Shown piece by piece: positions 11,162 through 22,861 of a DNA stretch of 35,190 nucleotides (its first letter is position 1; each line of letters begins with the position of its first letter). The position numbers and the translations under genes are program-made. The DNA is from Octopus bimaculoides (taxonomy: Eukaryota). The DNA lies in assembly GCF_001194135.2 (NCBI RefSeq), contig NC_068985.1, positions 14,095,382 through 14,130,571 of the forward strand, written 5' to 3'. Below the pieces are notes generated by a model. The model saw only the letters and a program-made list of their open reading frames with translations, was not told where the DNA came from and did not search any database.

Positions 11162-11572
11162 TAATTCTCTGACTACAACCAAAGGGACAAGATTAGAGTG
11201 CAAAAAGGGAACCAGAGCTAAGTATAAGGCCATCAGAAAGTATGATGCAAATGAGACCTGCCTGCTATGCAGGAGTAAATCCTGAAACAGCACAGAAGGA
11301 CCGTGGGAAAGGTAGGCAAGGCCAACTCATGGTATGACAAAAAAAAAAAAATCCTGGCAGCTAACTAGCATATCTTTTTAGAAAAAGCATTAGATAAGGT
11401 AAATCTACGGATTAAAGTAATAGAAAGGCCAGAAACCCCCACAAAATACCTGATCTGTAGAACTTATCCATTCGGTAGGTCACCATGTACGGAGAACAAT
11501 TTTATAGTACGTAAGATGAACCCACAGGTTAACTGTAAGATTAAGAATGTAGTCTATAACTTACGATGTACT
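11162..11572 (+). mobile_element. Penelope-like element ORF fragment reaching the first GIY-YIG motif
   Basis: It is an inverted homolog of 10895-11141 and continues as NLRIKVIERPETPTKYLICRTYPFGRSPCTENNFIVRKMNPQVNCKIKNVVYNLRCT. VVY..C is the GIY-equivalent. A SINE cuts it at about 11572. Confidence 0.6.
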
Positions 11573-11757
11573 ACGGCCATGCTGGAGCACCGCCTTTAGT
11601 AGAACAAATCGACCCCAGGGCTTAATCTTTGTAAGCATAGTACTTATTCTATCGGTCACTTTTGCTGAACCGCCAAGTTACGGGGACCTAAACACACCAG
11701 TATCGGTTGTCAAGCGATGGTGGGGGACAAACACAGACACACAAACATGTGCGCGCG

Positions 11758-11789
<32 letters not shown>

Positions 11790-11953
11790 CGACGGGCTTC
11801 TTTCACTTTCCGTCTACCAAATCTACTCACAAGGCTTTGGTCGGCCCTAGGCTATAGTAGAAGACACTTGCCCAAGGTGCCACGCAGTGGCAATGAACCC
11901 GGAACCATGTGGTTGGTAAGCAAGCTACTTACCAAACAGCCACTCCTGCGCCT
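11571..11953 (-). mobile_element. tRNA-derived SINE with CORE-like segment, internal microsatellite and LINE-like tail
   Basis: Minus-strand head AGGCGCAGGAGTGGCTG..TGGTAAGTAGCTTGC and segment GGCACCTTGGGCAAGTGTCTTC. Near-collinear with 14867-15266; the head is shared with 31991-32150. Confidence 0.88.
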
Positions 11954-12814
11954 TATTTCAAATGTGGTATTCATTCAATTAGGAATTTTATTGAAAATTT
12001 TTAAAAAACATTTTGTGTAATGTCGCGATATAGCCAGTTTATTTCGCATAAATTTTAACAGCAAAATCTTATATGGACTCGAGTTGAAAATGGCTGCACC
12101 AAACTCTTCAAAGTGCAACATCACTCTGCTCTGACTGCCTTGAAACAGCGTTATATTTCTCAGCGAATCTTTTTCAAAATTTACACTGAAATACATCATC
12201 CCGATATAACGCACAAAGAAAAGAAAAATCCGGATTTGAGTCTTCTCCACCACCCGCCCATCTGCAGAATAAAGCATGGAGCTTTCAAGAAAAGGTGATG
12301 GTGAAACACTGATAGTTGTGATGGAGTGGTAATCGCTCCCCTACCTCTCTTCGTCTCACACTAATTATTTCTTCTTACCACACACACATACGCACACACA
12401 CACATTCGAAGAAGTTATTTTCGGTTTAACTGAGAAATATTTATCCGTATAATTGGTATAACATTCTGTTTCCGTAAGTTATTTTTAAATTCTATTTCCA
12501 TTGTTGATTTTGGCAATTCAAGTGCTTTCACAAAGTTATTTGCAAAGCAATCTGTACATAATTGTATTCTTGATTCTTCGGCTGTTTCCGTAAATCACTA
12601 CCTTCTATTTCTCAGTGTAAACGCAATTTAATACACATCTACCCTTCTCTCTGCTGCTTGCTGGCACAAATCCTTCGGGTTGAAAGACTTTTATTGTGCA
12701 ACCGTTTCACGGAAATTCACTATATCTTCCGAAGATTCAGAATTCTCTCTCTCCCCCTCTTTCTCTCTTTCTATCTCTGTCTTTCAATCTGTTCCAGAAT
12801 ACGTGTGCATACGT

Positions 12815-12958
12815 ATGTATGTATGTATGTATGTATGCATGTATGTATGTATGTATGTATGCATGTATGCATGTATGTATGTATGTATATATGTATGTAT
12901 ATATAGAGAGCGCGCGCGCGAGAGAGAGAGAGATGGATAGATAGATAGATATGTGTGT
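12815..12958. repeat. (TATG)n/(GA)n/(GATA)n microsatellite
   Basis: Read directly from the sequence. Confidence 0.9.
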
Positions 12959-13545
12959 NNNNNNNNNNNNNNNNNNNNNNNNNNNNNNNNNNNNNNNNNN
13001 NNNNNNNNNNNNNNNNNNNNNNNNNNNNNNNNNNNNNNNNNNNNNNNNNNNNNNNNNNNNNNNNNNNNNNNNNNNNNNNNNNNNNNNNNNNNNNNNNNNN
13101 NNNNNNNNNNNNNNNNNNNNNNNNNNNNNNNNNNNNNNNNNNNNNNNNNNNNNNNNNNNNNNNNNNNNNNNNNNNNNNNNNNNNNNNNNNNNNNNNNNNN
13201 NNNNNNNNNNNNNNNNNNNNNNNNNNNNNNNNNNNNNNNNNNNNNNNNNNNNNNNNNNNNNNNNNNNNNNNNNNNNNNNNNNNNNACACATAATTATATA
13301 TATACATATATATATATATATTATTGAAATCGAAAATAGTCTATGTGACTCTACATAAACACACGCACGTATACAGGTGCATATGTATATGTATACATAC
13401 ATGAACCCAGACACACACACCACATGTATGTACGTGTGTAGGTATGCTGGAAAAAAAGAGAGAATAAGATAAGCTGAAATGCCTTGAATTGTATTTCTGA
13501 TTTTAAGATGGAGTTATTATTCAAGCGTTTAAATTATGGAAGGTT

Positions 13546-13855
13546 GCAGCGTAACAATATATAAGTAAAATATTCGCAAATAGTTCGAAATATGATAACT
13601 TTCGAAATTTTGTTGATTGCCGAAAAGCTATTTGAAAAAGTTTCACTCATTAACATCTGTATTACATTTGACATATTCTTGTATTTACTGAGAAAAACGC
13701 CTGATATTTTTATGCCTTCAGCAAAACATGTGTGGAATATATTTCAGCAAGGAAGGTGAACGTTCTCATGTATTTCGTTCTGTAAGGTGACCCATCAAAT
13801 TTTTGTAGTTACTTACGTTTCGATGAGTATTTTTGCTTATGTATTGTTACGCTGC
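13546..13855. mobile_element. Unclassified MITE-like element with TIRs of about 30 bp
   Basis: Left end GCAGCGTAACAATATATAAGTAAAATATTC; reverse complement of the right end GCAGCGTAACAATACATAAGCAAAAATACTC. No clear TSD. Confidence 0.7.
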
Positions 13856-14034
13856 TTCTTGACTTCAGTCGTCTGAATAATCAACAACGCGAAACTTAGA
13901 ATTATGATTTAGATATCTTTTACTTCTGCTAAAACATAAACGGCGTATATATTGTGTAATCTCTTCCTTTCTGTAAGCACAGCCGTTCACCCATCTCTAC
14001 CCACGCTGTGTAGGATTTAGAAAATGGATAAAGA

Positions 14035-14277
14035 ACATTCTGGAGCCATATAGACTCATACATCTGGTTTCCCGGTTTCCGAGGAGCACATACCTCATTC
14101 CTGGACGAGACGCCAGTCCGTCTCGGGGTCACTTATTTTTGTAATCTGAGTGGACTGGAGCAACGTGAAAGGAAGTGTTTTGCTCGAGAGTACAACGCGT
14201 CACCCGGACCAAGAATCGAAAGCATAGTCTTACCACTTTGAGTCAGACACCCTACCCACTAACCCACGCGTCTCCTC
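14035..14277 (-). mobile_element. tRNA-derived SINE with a V-domain-like segment
   Basis: Head GAGGAGACGCGTGGGTTAGTGGGTAGGGTGTCTGACTC. Central TTTCACGTTGCTCCAGTCCACTCAG is shared with 19738-20085. GGACTGGCGTCTCGTCCAGG resembles the V-SINE domain. Confidence 0.7.
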
Positions 14278-14299
14278 AACACACGTCGCGTGCGCGCCT

Positions 14300-14615
14300 G
14301 TGTATACACATCAGGCAGATACATATATACATAGGTATCCATGTATGTGTATACATACATACATATATACATCCATACACACACACACACACACAGACAC
14401 ATATATATATATATACACACACAGACATACAAGTATTCATGCATACATGCGTGCATACATACATACATATATACATACAAACATTCATACATGCATACAT
14501 ACACACATACACACATACATAACTCATACATACATGCATACATGCATGCATACATACATGCATACATGTGTACATACATACATACATACATACATACATG
14601 CATACATACACGCAC
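14300..14615. repeat. (CATA)n/(CA)n/(TA)n microsatellite
   Basis: Read directly from the sequence. Confidence 0.92.
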
Positions 14616-14866
14616 GCTCTGTTTCCAGCATGCCAAGTACGTGTTCGCTCCGGAAGAAACTGCTTGACACAAATTCGACAACAATGCAACCAATTTCTGA
14701 GATGCTTATTATCTGGATAAAAAATCTCGACTGCATCTTTCTTCATATCACGAAATGGCTTGACAATGTCGGCACCGACATTTTTCTGTGTCATACTAAA
14801 CTATTTCTGTAGAATAAAATTTCGGCATTCGAGTGTTACATTTATTCTTATTCATTCATTTATCGT

Positions 14867-15266
14867 TTTACTCTTTTACTCTTTTACTTGTTTCAGTCAT
14901 TTGACTGCGGCCATGCTGGAGCACCACTTTTAGTCGAGCAAATCGATCCCAGGACTTATTCTTTGTAAGCCTAGTACTTATTCTATCGGTCTCTTTTTGC
15001 CGAACCGCTAAGTTCCGGGGACGTAAACACACCAGCATCGGTTGTCAAGCGATGTTGGAGGGGACAAACACAGACACACAAACACATACATATATTCATA
15101 TATACGACGGGCTTCTTTCAGTTTCCGTCTAACAAATCCACTTACAAAGCTTTGGTCGGCCCGAGGCTATAGTAGAAGACACTTGCCCAAGGCGCCACAC
15201 TGTGGGAATGAACCCAGAACCATGTGGTTGGTAAGCAAGCTACTTAGCACACAACCACTCCTGTGT
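14867..15266 (-). mobile_element. tRNA-derived SINE, same family as 11571-11953, with complete (GTAAAAGA)n tail
   Basis: Collinear with 11571-11953. The plus strand TTTTACTCTTTTACTCTTTTACTTGTTTCAGTCATTTGACTG is the tail. Confidence 0.88.
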
Positions 15267-15324
15267 TTTGTTAAAGATTGATGCGAAATGATGCCCAATA
15301 GTAATCTAATTGAAAATAAGCAGC

Positions 15325-15755
15325 AGTAACCGGAGTACAACAAAGTATTGTGTTTAGACGCCTTTTGTTTCGAATGAGACGACTAGGCGCAGCTGTTTGG
15401 ACGCTGGCAATTTAATACGGCTGACTGGATATTGAAGCCTATTTTGGCGCCCCCACCACACACACATATAGACACATATTTTGGTGCATGCGGAGAAACA
15501 GAGACAGAAAGAGAAAGAAAGAATGACAGAGATATAAAGAAAGAGAGAAAGAACGACAGAAAGAGATAGGAAGTGGGAGAGAGAAGAAGAGGAGAGAGAG
15601 AAAAACACAGGCTGAGAGCGAGAAATAGAAAGAAAGGGGGGAAAGAGAATAAAAAGTGAAACATTAGAACAGCTGATGTTAAATATGTCAACGACTAATT
15701 AGAGACGCCAAACATGCGGCGCCAAAACGGCTGTTCCAAAACGTCCATTACCCGT
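15325..15755. mobile_element. Possible degenerate DNA element with inverted TTTGGCGC-type subterminal repeats
   Basis: GGCGCAGCTGTTTGGACGCTGG (about 15386) resembles the reverse complement of GCGGCGCCAAAACGGCTGTTCC (about 15716). The termini are poorly defined. Confidence 0.3.
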
Positions 15756-15959
15756 ACTGAGAACTTTCTTTACAAAAAACCCAACAGCGATGTTAATACT
15801 CTGACAATAACCTGTCTTAAATGAGTTTGACCATTGCACACAACCTTGATCTCACAATAGTTCAGAACTTATTCACCAAACAGAACTACTGCAAGCATTC
15901 CGTCTTCACATACATACATATATATGCCGACCGCCAATACCTCTTATGTCCATCTCCTA

Positions 15960-16255
15960 TGTTCCTGCCTTTAGGCTTTTACTTCATACACGCCAGCTCA
16001 ATTTGATTCGTTCTCAGTCGAAAGACATCTGTTGTTATTTTCTTGTTGTTTGTATTTGAAATTGTGTACTATGTTCTCCGTTTTTTGTCTTTGTTGCCGT
16101 ACACATTCGCTAACTTTCTTACAAAGGGGTCTAATGCTCTTAGCTTAGACATTTTTGGGGGGCAACCAGATCGAACCGTCTCAAATGTAACTGCTCGAAA
16201 CAGTCGTGACTTCTGGTACTTGACTGAGGAAAGAAGGCCACGAATGACCGTTTTT
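15960..16255 (+). mobile_element. Unclassified dispersed repeat, copy 1
   Basis: Aligns with the reverse complement of 22862-23150 (CAGTCGA.AGACATCTGTTGTTAT; TCTAATGCTCTTAGCTT; GACTGA.GAAAGAA). Confidence 0.7.
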
Positions 16256-17131
16256 TTTTTGCCTGTGTATATACATACACATATATATATATATANNNNN
16301 NNNNNNNNNNNNNNNNNNNNNNNNNNNNNNNNNNNNNNNNNNNNNNNNNNNNNNNNNNNNNNNNNNNNNNNNNNNNNNNNNNNNNNNNNNNNNNNNNNNN
16401 NNNNNNNNNNNNNNNNNNNNNNNNNNNNNNNNNNNNNNNNNNNNNNNNNNNNNNNNNNNNNNNNNNNNNNNNNNNNNNNNNNNNNNNNNNNNNNNNNNNN
16501 NNNNNNNNNNNNNNNNNNNNNNNNNNNNNNNNNNNNNNNNNNNNNNNNNNNNNNNNNNNNNNNNNNNNNNNNNNNNNNNNNNNNNNNNNNNNNNNNNNNN
16601 NNNNNNNNNNNNNNNNNNNNNNNNNNNNNNNNNNNNNNNNNNNNNNNNNNNNNNNNNNNNNNNNNNNNNNNNNNNNNNNNNNNNNNNNNNNNNNNNNNNN
16701 NNNNNNNNNNNNNNNNNNNNNNNNNNNNNNNNNNNNNNNNNNNNNNNNNNNNNNNNNNNNNNNNNNNNNNNNNNNNNNNNNNNNNNNNNNNNNNNNNNNN
16801 NNNNNNNNNNNNNNNNNNNNNNNNNNNNNNNNNNNNNNNNNNNNNNNNNNNNNNNNNNNNNNNNNNNNNNNNNNNNNNNNNNNNNNNNNNNNNNNNNNNN
16901 NNNNNNNNNNNNNNNNNNNNNNNNNNNNNNNNNNNNNNNNNNNNNNNNNNNNNNNNNNNNNNNNNNNNNNNNNNNNNNNNNNNNNNNNNNNNNNNNNNNN
17001 NNNNNNNNNNNNNNNNNNNNNNNNNNNNNNNNNNNNNNNNNNNNNNNNNNNNNNNNNNNNNNNNNNNNNNNNNNNNNNNNNNNNNNNNNNNNNNNNNNNN
17101 NNNNNNNNNNNNNNNNNNNNNNNNNNNNNNN

Positions 17132-17172
<41 letters not shown>

Positions 17173-17227
17173 TAGACATATATACATATAGATACACACA
17201 CACACACGCATATACATATATATTATA

Positions 17228-18445
17228 TATATCGACTTTGCAAAGGCCTTTGATAAAGTCGATCATGGAATGATGTGTCACAAACAGCGTGATTTCGGCA
17301 TTGTTGGAAAATTGGGAGAATAGCTGCATGACTTTCTGAAGGATAGAAATCAGGAAGTTGTAGCCAATGGGACCACCTATATTGGCAAGCAAATATTAAG
17401 CGGTGCTCCGCAAGGCCCTGTTTTGTGACCATTACTGTTCATAATGACCCTCTCATCCATGCCCTCAGCCACACAGAGAGCCACGATCACAAGTTATGCA
17501 GATGATACAAAAGTCTCACTGGTGATACAGAACCATGAAGACGCTATGCACCTACAATGTGAGTTGGATGAAATATGCAAGTGGGCTGAGAAGAATAGCA
17601 TGCAGTTTAATGCTGAAAAGTTTCAAGCCTTGTGTTATCAGCATGCAAAACTAAATGCAATATCAATTAAATACACTGGACCTGGAGATACTGCAATCCC
17701 AGAGACACGGTCAGTGCGAGACCTGTACTTTAACATGAGTAAAAATGCATCCTCTCATGTGCATGTTGCTAAGTTGGTAATGAAATGCAGACGGCTGACC
17801 GGATGGATTCTTAGAACTGTTTAAACGAGAGATCAGGAAACCATGATGGTCCTCTGGAGGACATTTGTCCTAAGCCGCTTTGACTATTGCTCCCAGCTAT
17901 GGTTACCAACCGGTGTAAAATTAATTGCAGAATTTGTGGCAATCCAACGAAACTGCACGAAGAAGCTAGCGTCTATGCAGCATATAAGCTACCGGGAAAG
18001 ACTCAAGAGATTGAGAGTCTATTTCCTACAGCTTAAGTGGGAAAATTATGCCATAATATAGACCTGGAAGAGCCTAGAGTTACACTAATGCTAGAACAGG
18101 GCGCCACTGCATAATACCAAAGACTCCAAATTTGCCATCAAGATATAAGACAAGATATTGCAACACTCTGGGCTTTAAAGGCTCACAGCTCTTCAATATC
18201 CTCCCGAAGAACTTGAGAGACCTGCATGGGGTGGATGTAGGTGTCTTCAAAACGAAACTAGATCTCTTACTCTCAAGTGTCCCGGATGAACCAACTTCAC
18301 AGCAGGAAGTGCAAGTGAGGGCAGCGGCGTCAAACTCCCTTATGTACCAAACGTCAATTTCTAAAAAGATTTAGTGAAGTAAAATTATGTAGCAGCACCA
18401 AATGGCGGTGCCCCAGCATGGCCACAGCTCGTGAGCTGCTACTAG
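17228..18445 (+). mobile_element. CR1-group LINE, 3' part of RT through 3' UTR, with stops and frameshifts
   Basis: IDFAKAFDKVDH, SGAPQGPVL, SYADDTKV, KWAEKNSMQFNAEKFQ, SRFDYCSQLW, SYRERLKRL, GSQLFNILPKNLR. The 5' side is lost in the (TA)n/gap. Confidence 0.92.
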
Positions 18446-19060
18446 ATCAAATCAAGAAAATACNNNNNNNNNNNNNNNNNNNNNNNNNNNNNNNNNNNNN
18501 NNNNNNNNNNNNNNNNNNNNNNNNNNNNNNNNNNNNNNNNNNNNNNNNNNNNNNNNNNNNNNNNNNNNNNNNNNNNNNNNNNNNNNNNNNNNNNNNNNNN
18601 NNNNNNNNNNNNNNNNNNNNNNNNNNNNNNNNNNNNNNNNNNNNNNNNNNNNNNNNNNNNNNNNNNNNNNNNNNNNNNNNNNNNNNNNNNNNNNNNNNNN
18701 NNNNNNNNNNNNNNNNNNNNNNNNNNNNNNNNNNNNNNNNNNNNNNNNNNNNNNNNNNNNNNNNNNNNNNNNNNNNNNNNNNNNNNNNNNNNNNNNNNNN
18801 NNNNNNNNNNNNNNNNNNNNNNNNNNNNNNNNNNNNNNNNNNNNNNNNNNNNNNNNNNNNNNNNNNNNNNNNNNNNNNNNNNNNNNNNNNNNNNNNNNNN
18901 NNNNNNNNNNNNNNNNNNNNNNNNNNNNNNNNNNNNNNNNNNNNNNNNNNNNNNNNNNNNNNNNNNNNNNNNNNNNNNNNNNNNNNNNNNNNNNNNNNNN
19001 NNNNNNNNNNNNNNNNNNNNNNNNNNNNNNNNNNNNNNNNTATATATATATATATAATAT

Positions 19061-19126
<66 letters not shown>

Positions 19127-19737
19127 GTATGTATATATATATATGTATATGTATATGTATATACTCTTATCATTGTTTGAACGAACTAAACTGTGATGTA
19201 TTAGAAGATTTTCTAGGACCAGAGTTCACTCGATGCTCAGGAGTCTTGGACTAGTTACGAAAGAAAGAAAGATATTGTCAGAAAACTATCGGAAACCGCT
19301 GAGAAAACAAACTGCAGAAGATTCGAAATCGAATCGGCAAACTACCAGGTTAAAATCACGGCTTAATAACAGCCTTTTCACGTGATCGGTTGAGTTATGG
19401 ACAAATCAGTATCGAGACATCACGTAATGCAAATTTCTAGAATCTTCGAGAACGTCTCTTTACATGGCTTAAAAATAGTCATATTTTTAGCGCAAACTTT
19501 GATAAGTGTCGAGTACGACTGGATGAAATGGATCTTCACTCTTGCAAAGCATGTTGGGCAGAGACTGGCTGATTCACTTCACACGTCTCACATTTTGCCT
19601 CAGTTTGTAGACGATCGCAGCGAAGCGAACTACATTGTCATTTCCTGCATTTAACTCGTTCTAATGACTCCTTGCTTAACCTAGTAGACAGCAGCTATTG
19701 TTTACAGTCATGAATCCAGCGTGGTATTTTTCTCTTG

Positions 19738-20085
19738 TGAAGGCGCATGGCTCAGTGGTTACAGCGTTGAACTTACGATCGTGAGGTTGTGAGTTCGAAT
19801 CCCGGACCGGGCTGCATGTTGTGTTCTTGAGCAAGACACTTCATTTCACGTTGCTCCAGTTCACTCAGCTGTAGAAATGAGTTGTGGTGTCACATGTGCC
19901 AAGCTGTATCGGCATTTGCCTTTCCCTTGGTTAACATCGGTGGCGTGGAGAGGGGAGGCCGGTATGCATGGGTGACTGCTGGTCTTCCAGAAACAACCTT
20001 GCCCGGACTTGTGCCTGAGAGGGCAACTTTCTAGGTGCAAACCCATGGTGAGTCATGACGGAAGGGGGTCATAATAATAATAAAA
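19738..20085 (+). mobile_element. tRNA-derived SINE (head B, tail Y), (TAA)n tail
   Basis: GGCGCATGGCTCAGTGGTT (A box) and GAGTTCGAATCC (B box). Collinear with 34847-35148. Confidence 0.88.
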
Positions 20086-20734
20086 AAATTCTCTTATCAT
20101 GACAGCTTATTTAATGAGCCAACTTAAAAAGCAATTTTGTAATAATTACAGATTTGTCCTTCCAGTGTGTAAACTTTATTGTGTGATGAATAAAATTCTG
20201 TTAATTGTTCACAAGTGTTGTGCCTTCCCTATGCGCAGCTTGATCCCATCATCATCTCTCATCTTTCACTCTATGGCTATCGTGACATAGGCAATCACAC
20301 CGCATGACAAAGCTATGACATCCAACTCGGGGGAGAGAGAGAGAGAGAGAGAGGATGAATAGTACAGCAAGAACGAGCTGGCCAAGAGTCACAACTACTG
20401 ACTCAACAAAGCTTCTGCTGTTGTGCACCGGTTTCATGACCTACATCGGTGGGTTAACTCCGGACCAGCTCTGCTATCGCAGTAGACGGGCCTGAAACAC
20501 CTGCTAAGCCGCTTCGATTCCTGCATCCAAAGACGGAGTACAACAGCATTCTCAGCACACAAGAGTTTACCATAAATAGTCAGAGTTGCAACGAAGTATT
20601 TGTTTACTTGTCTCTCGGAGGGAAGACAAGCGCAGTAAAAAAACGAATCCATCTTGGATGGTATTTCATACACTTTTATTCGTCTTTATAACCCATGTTC
20701 ACAGTTTTGTTTAAATTCTCCCACTCCTTCTTCC

Positions 20735-20952
20735 TCCCTCTCTCTCTCACTCTCTCTCTCACTCTCTCTCGCTCTCTCTCTCACTCTCTCTCACTCTCTC
20801 TCTCACTCTCTCTCTCTCTATCTATATCACTTACAAACACATTACAGACACACAGTATACTTGTAAAATAAGCACACGCATACATATATACGCACATACA
20901 TTTAAGTATGTACAAGCATATATCTATGTAGATGCATACCACTCATACCTAT

Positions 20953-20987
<35 letters not shown>

Positions 20988-21105
20988 CATATACATATGT
21001 ATACATACACAGTCACACACTCACTCACACTCACACACACTCACACACACTCACACACTCACACACTCACGCTCGCACACTCACACGCACACTCACACAC
21101 ACTAC
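20735..21105. repeat. (CT)n/(CA)n/(CACT)n microsatellite cluster
   Basis: Read directly from the sequence. Confidence 0.88.
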
Positions 21106-22361
21106 CACACGTATAAAAAATGGGTGCACCATCCTAACCTTAGCCTTGATCACTAAAACGAAACGAAGAATTAAACACGCACAGTCGCTGGCACATAATT
21201 TGTGTTCGTGCGTACGTGCGTGTATGCATATGCGCGTGTGTGTGTGAGTGTGAGTGTGTATGCGATTATGTATGTGTGCATCAACTTCTGCATATTTAAA
21301 TGATGAAAGTAGCGAAACATATGCAAGAAGTAAACAGGTTCAAGCTTTTCGCATTAAATGCAGTTTGCAATTTAATAGTCGTGCAAAGGGGGTAATTTTA
21401 CACTAAGATCGAGAGATGGAGAGATTGAGAAATTGTTATTTTGGTTGCACTGGGAACGATGTGAAATAGCTGTAACGGTTGTTACCATAGACACAAAATA
21501 ATTCGCTGCCACACACACACACACACACACACACACGTTACATATATAAAACGGTTGCAGCGCAAACGTTTTATATTCAACCCAACGTCTCAGATCAAAT
21601 CACTTGCCGAGCAGGTACACCAACACAGACACACACACACACCTATATTTATGGATGTATGTACACAGATATATGTAAATGTATGTGTGTATGTACAATT
21701 GTATATATATATATATATATATGTGTGTGTATGTATATATATATATANNNNNNNNNNNNNNNNNNNNNNNNNNNNNNNNNNNNNNNNNNNNNNNNNNNNN
21801 NNNNNNNNNNNNNNNNNNNNNNNNNNNNNNNNNNNNNNNNNNNNNNNNNNNNNNNNNNNNNNNNNNNNNNNNNNNNNNNNNNNNNNNNNNNNNNNNNNNN
21901 NNNNNNNNNNNNNNNNNNNNNNNNNNNNNNNNNNNNNNNNNNNNNNNNNNNNNNNNNNNNNNNNNNNNNNNNNNNNNNNNNNNNNNNNNNNNNNNNNNNN
22001 NNNNNNNNNNNNNNNNNNNNNNNNNNNNNNNNNNNNNNNNNNNNNNNNNNNNNNNNNNNNNNNNNNNNNNNNNNNNNNNNNNNNNNNNNNNNNNNNNNNN
22101 NNNNNNNNNNNNNNNNNNNNNNNNNNNNNNNNNNNNNNNNNNNNNNNNNNNNNNNNNNNNNNNNNNNNNNNNNNNNNNNNNNNNNNNNNNNNNNNNNNNN
22201 NNNNNNNNNNNNNNNNNNNNNNNNNNNNNNNNNNNNNNNNNNNNNNNNNNNNNNNNNNNNNNNNNNNNNNNNNNNNNNNNNNNNNNNNNNNNNNNNNNNN
22301 NNNNNNNNNNNNNNNNNNNNNNNNNNNNNNNNNNNNTATATATATATATATGTATATCTAC

Positions 22362-22404
<43 letters not shown>

Positions 22405-22861
22405 ACAACGCATATATTTGTATGTACGTATATATTCAACACATACATACGCACACACACACATATATACATGTTATGTGTATTAATAAAGATAAAGGAT
22501 TAGACCTAGGCGTGCGTCTGCCTTCCTAAGTATATCCGTGCAGGCCTTTGGCGCAGAGAGGCAAGATGTAAACTTACCCGTTTATATTTTATTTATTCCA
22601 ACAAAGATCTTGTTACCGATATACCTCAAAATATGTTTACTTGCGTCAATTTACGCCCAGATAACCGTATGAATAGCATAACAACACATAGCTTAATACC
22701 TCACGCATCTGCCTTGCATACAGACACGTGCGTGCACGCTCACACACACAAACATACACACTGTATGCATGTATATTAATGAAGATAAATTATTATGCAT
22801 GCGTGCAAGTATGTATGTATGCATGTATGTATGCATGTATGTATGCCTATAGGCATCTATG

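Noticed and set aside
19170-19735. Possible decayed RT-like frame (..ERLFTWLKNSHIFS..)
   Set aside because: The resemblance is too short and has no supporting motifs.
19738-19815. tRNA-like sequences at SINE heads (also 250-322, 30764-30835, 31991-32060)
   Set aside because: The acceptor stems are imperfect, and each continues directly into a SINE body with several copies in the window. They are not tRNA genes.
21284-21331. Hairpin ACTTCTGCATAT/ATATGCAAGAAGT enclosing ATGATGA..GCGAAAC
   Set aside because: C3 is missing, there is no room for helix I, and helix III has a mismatch at its base. It is probably a chance palindrome.
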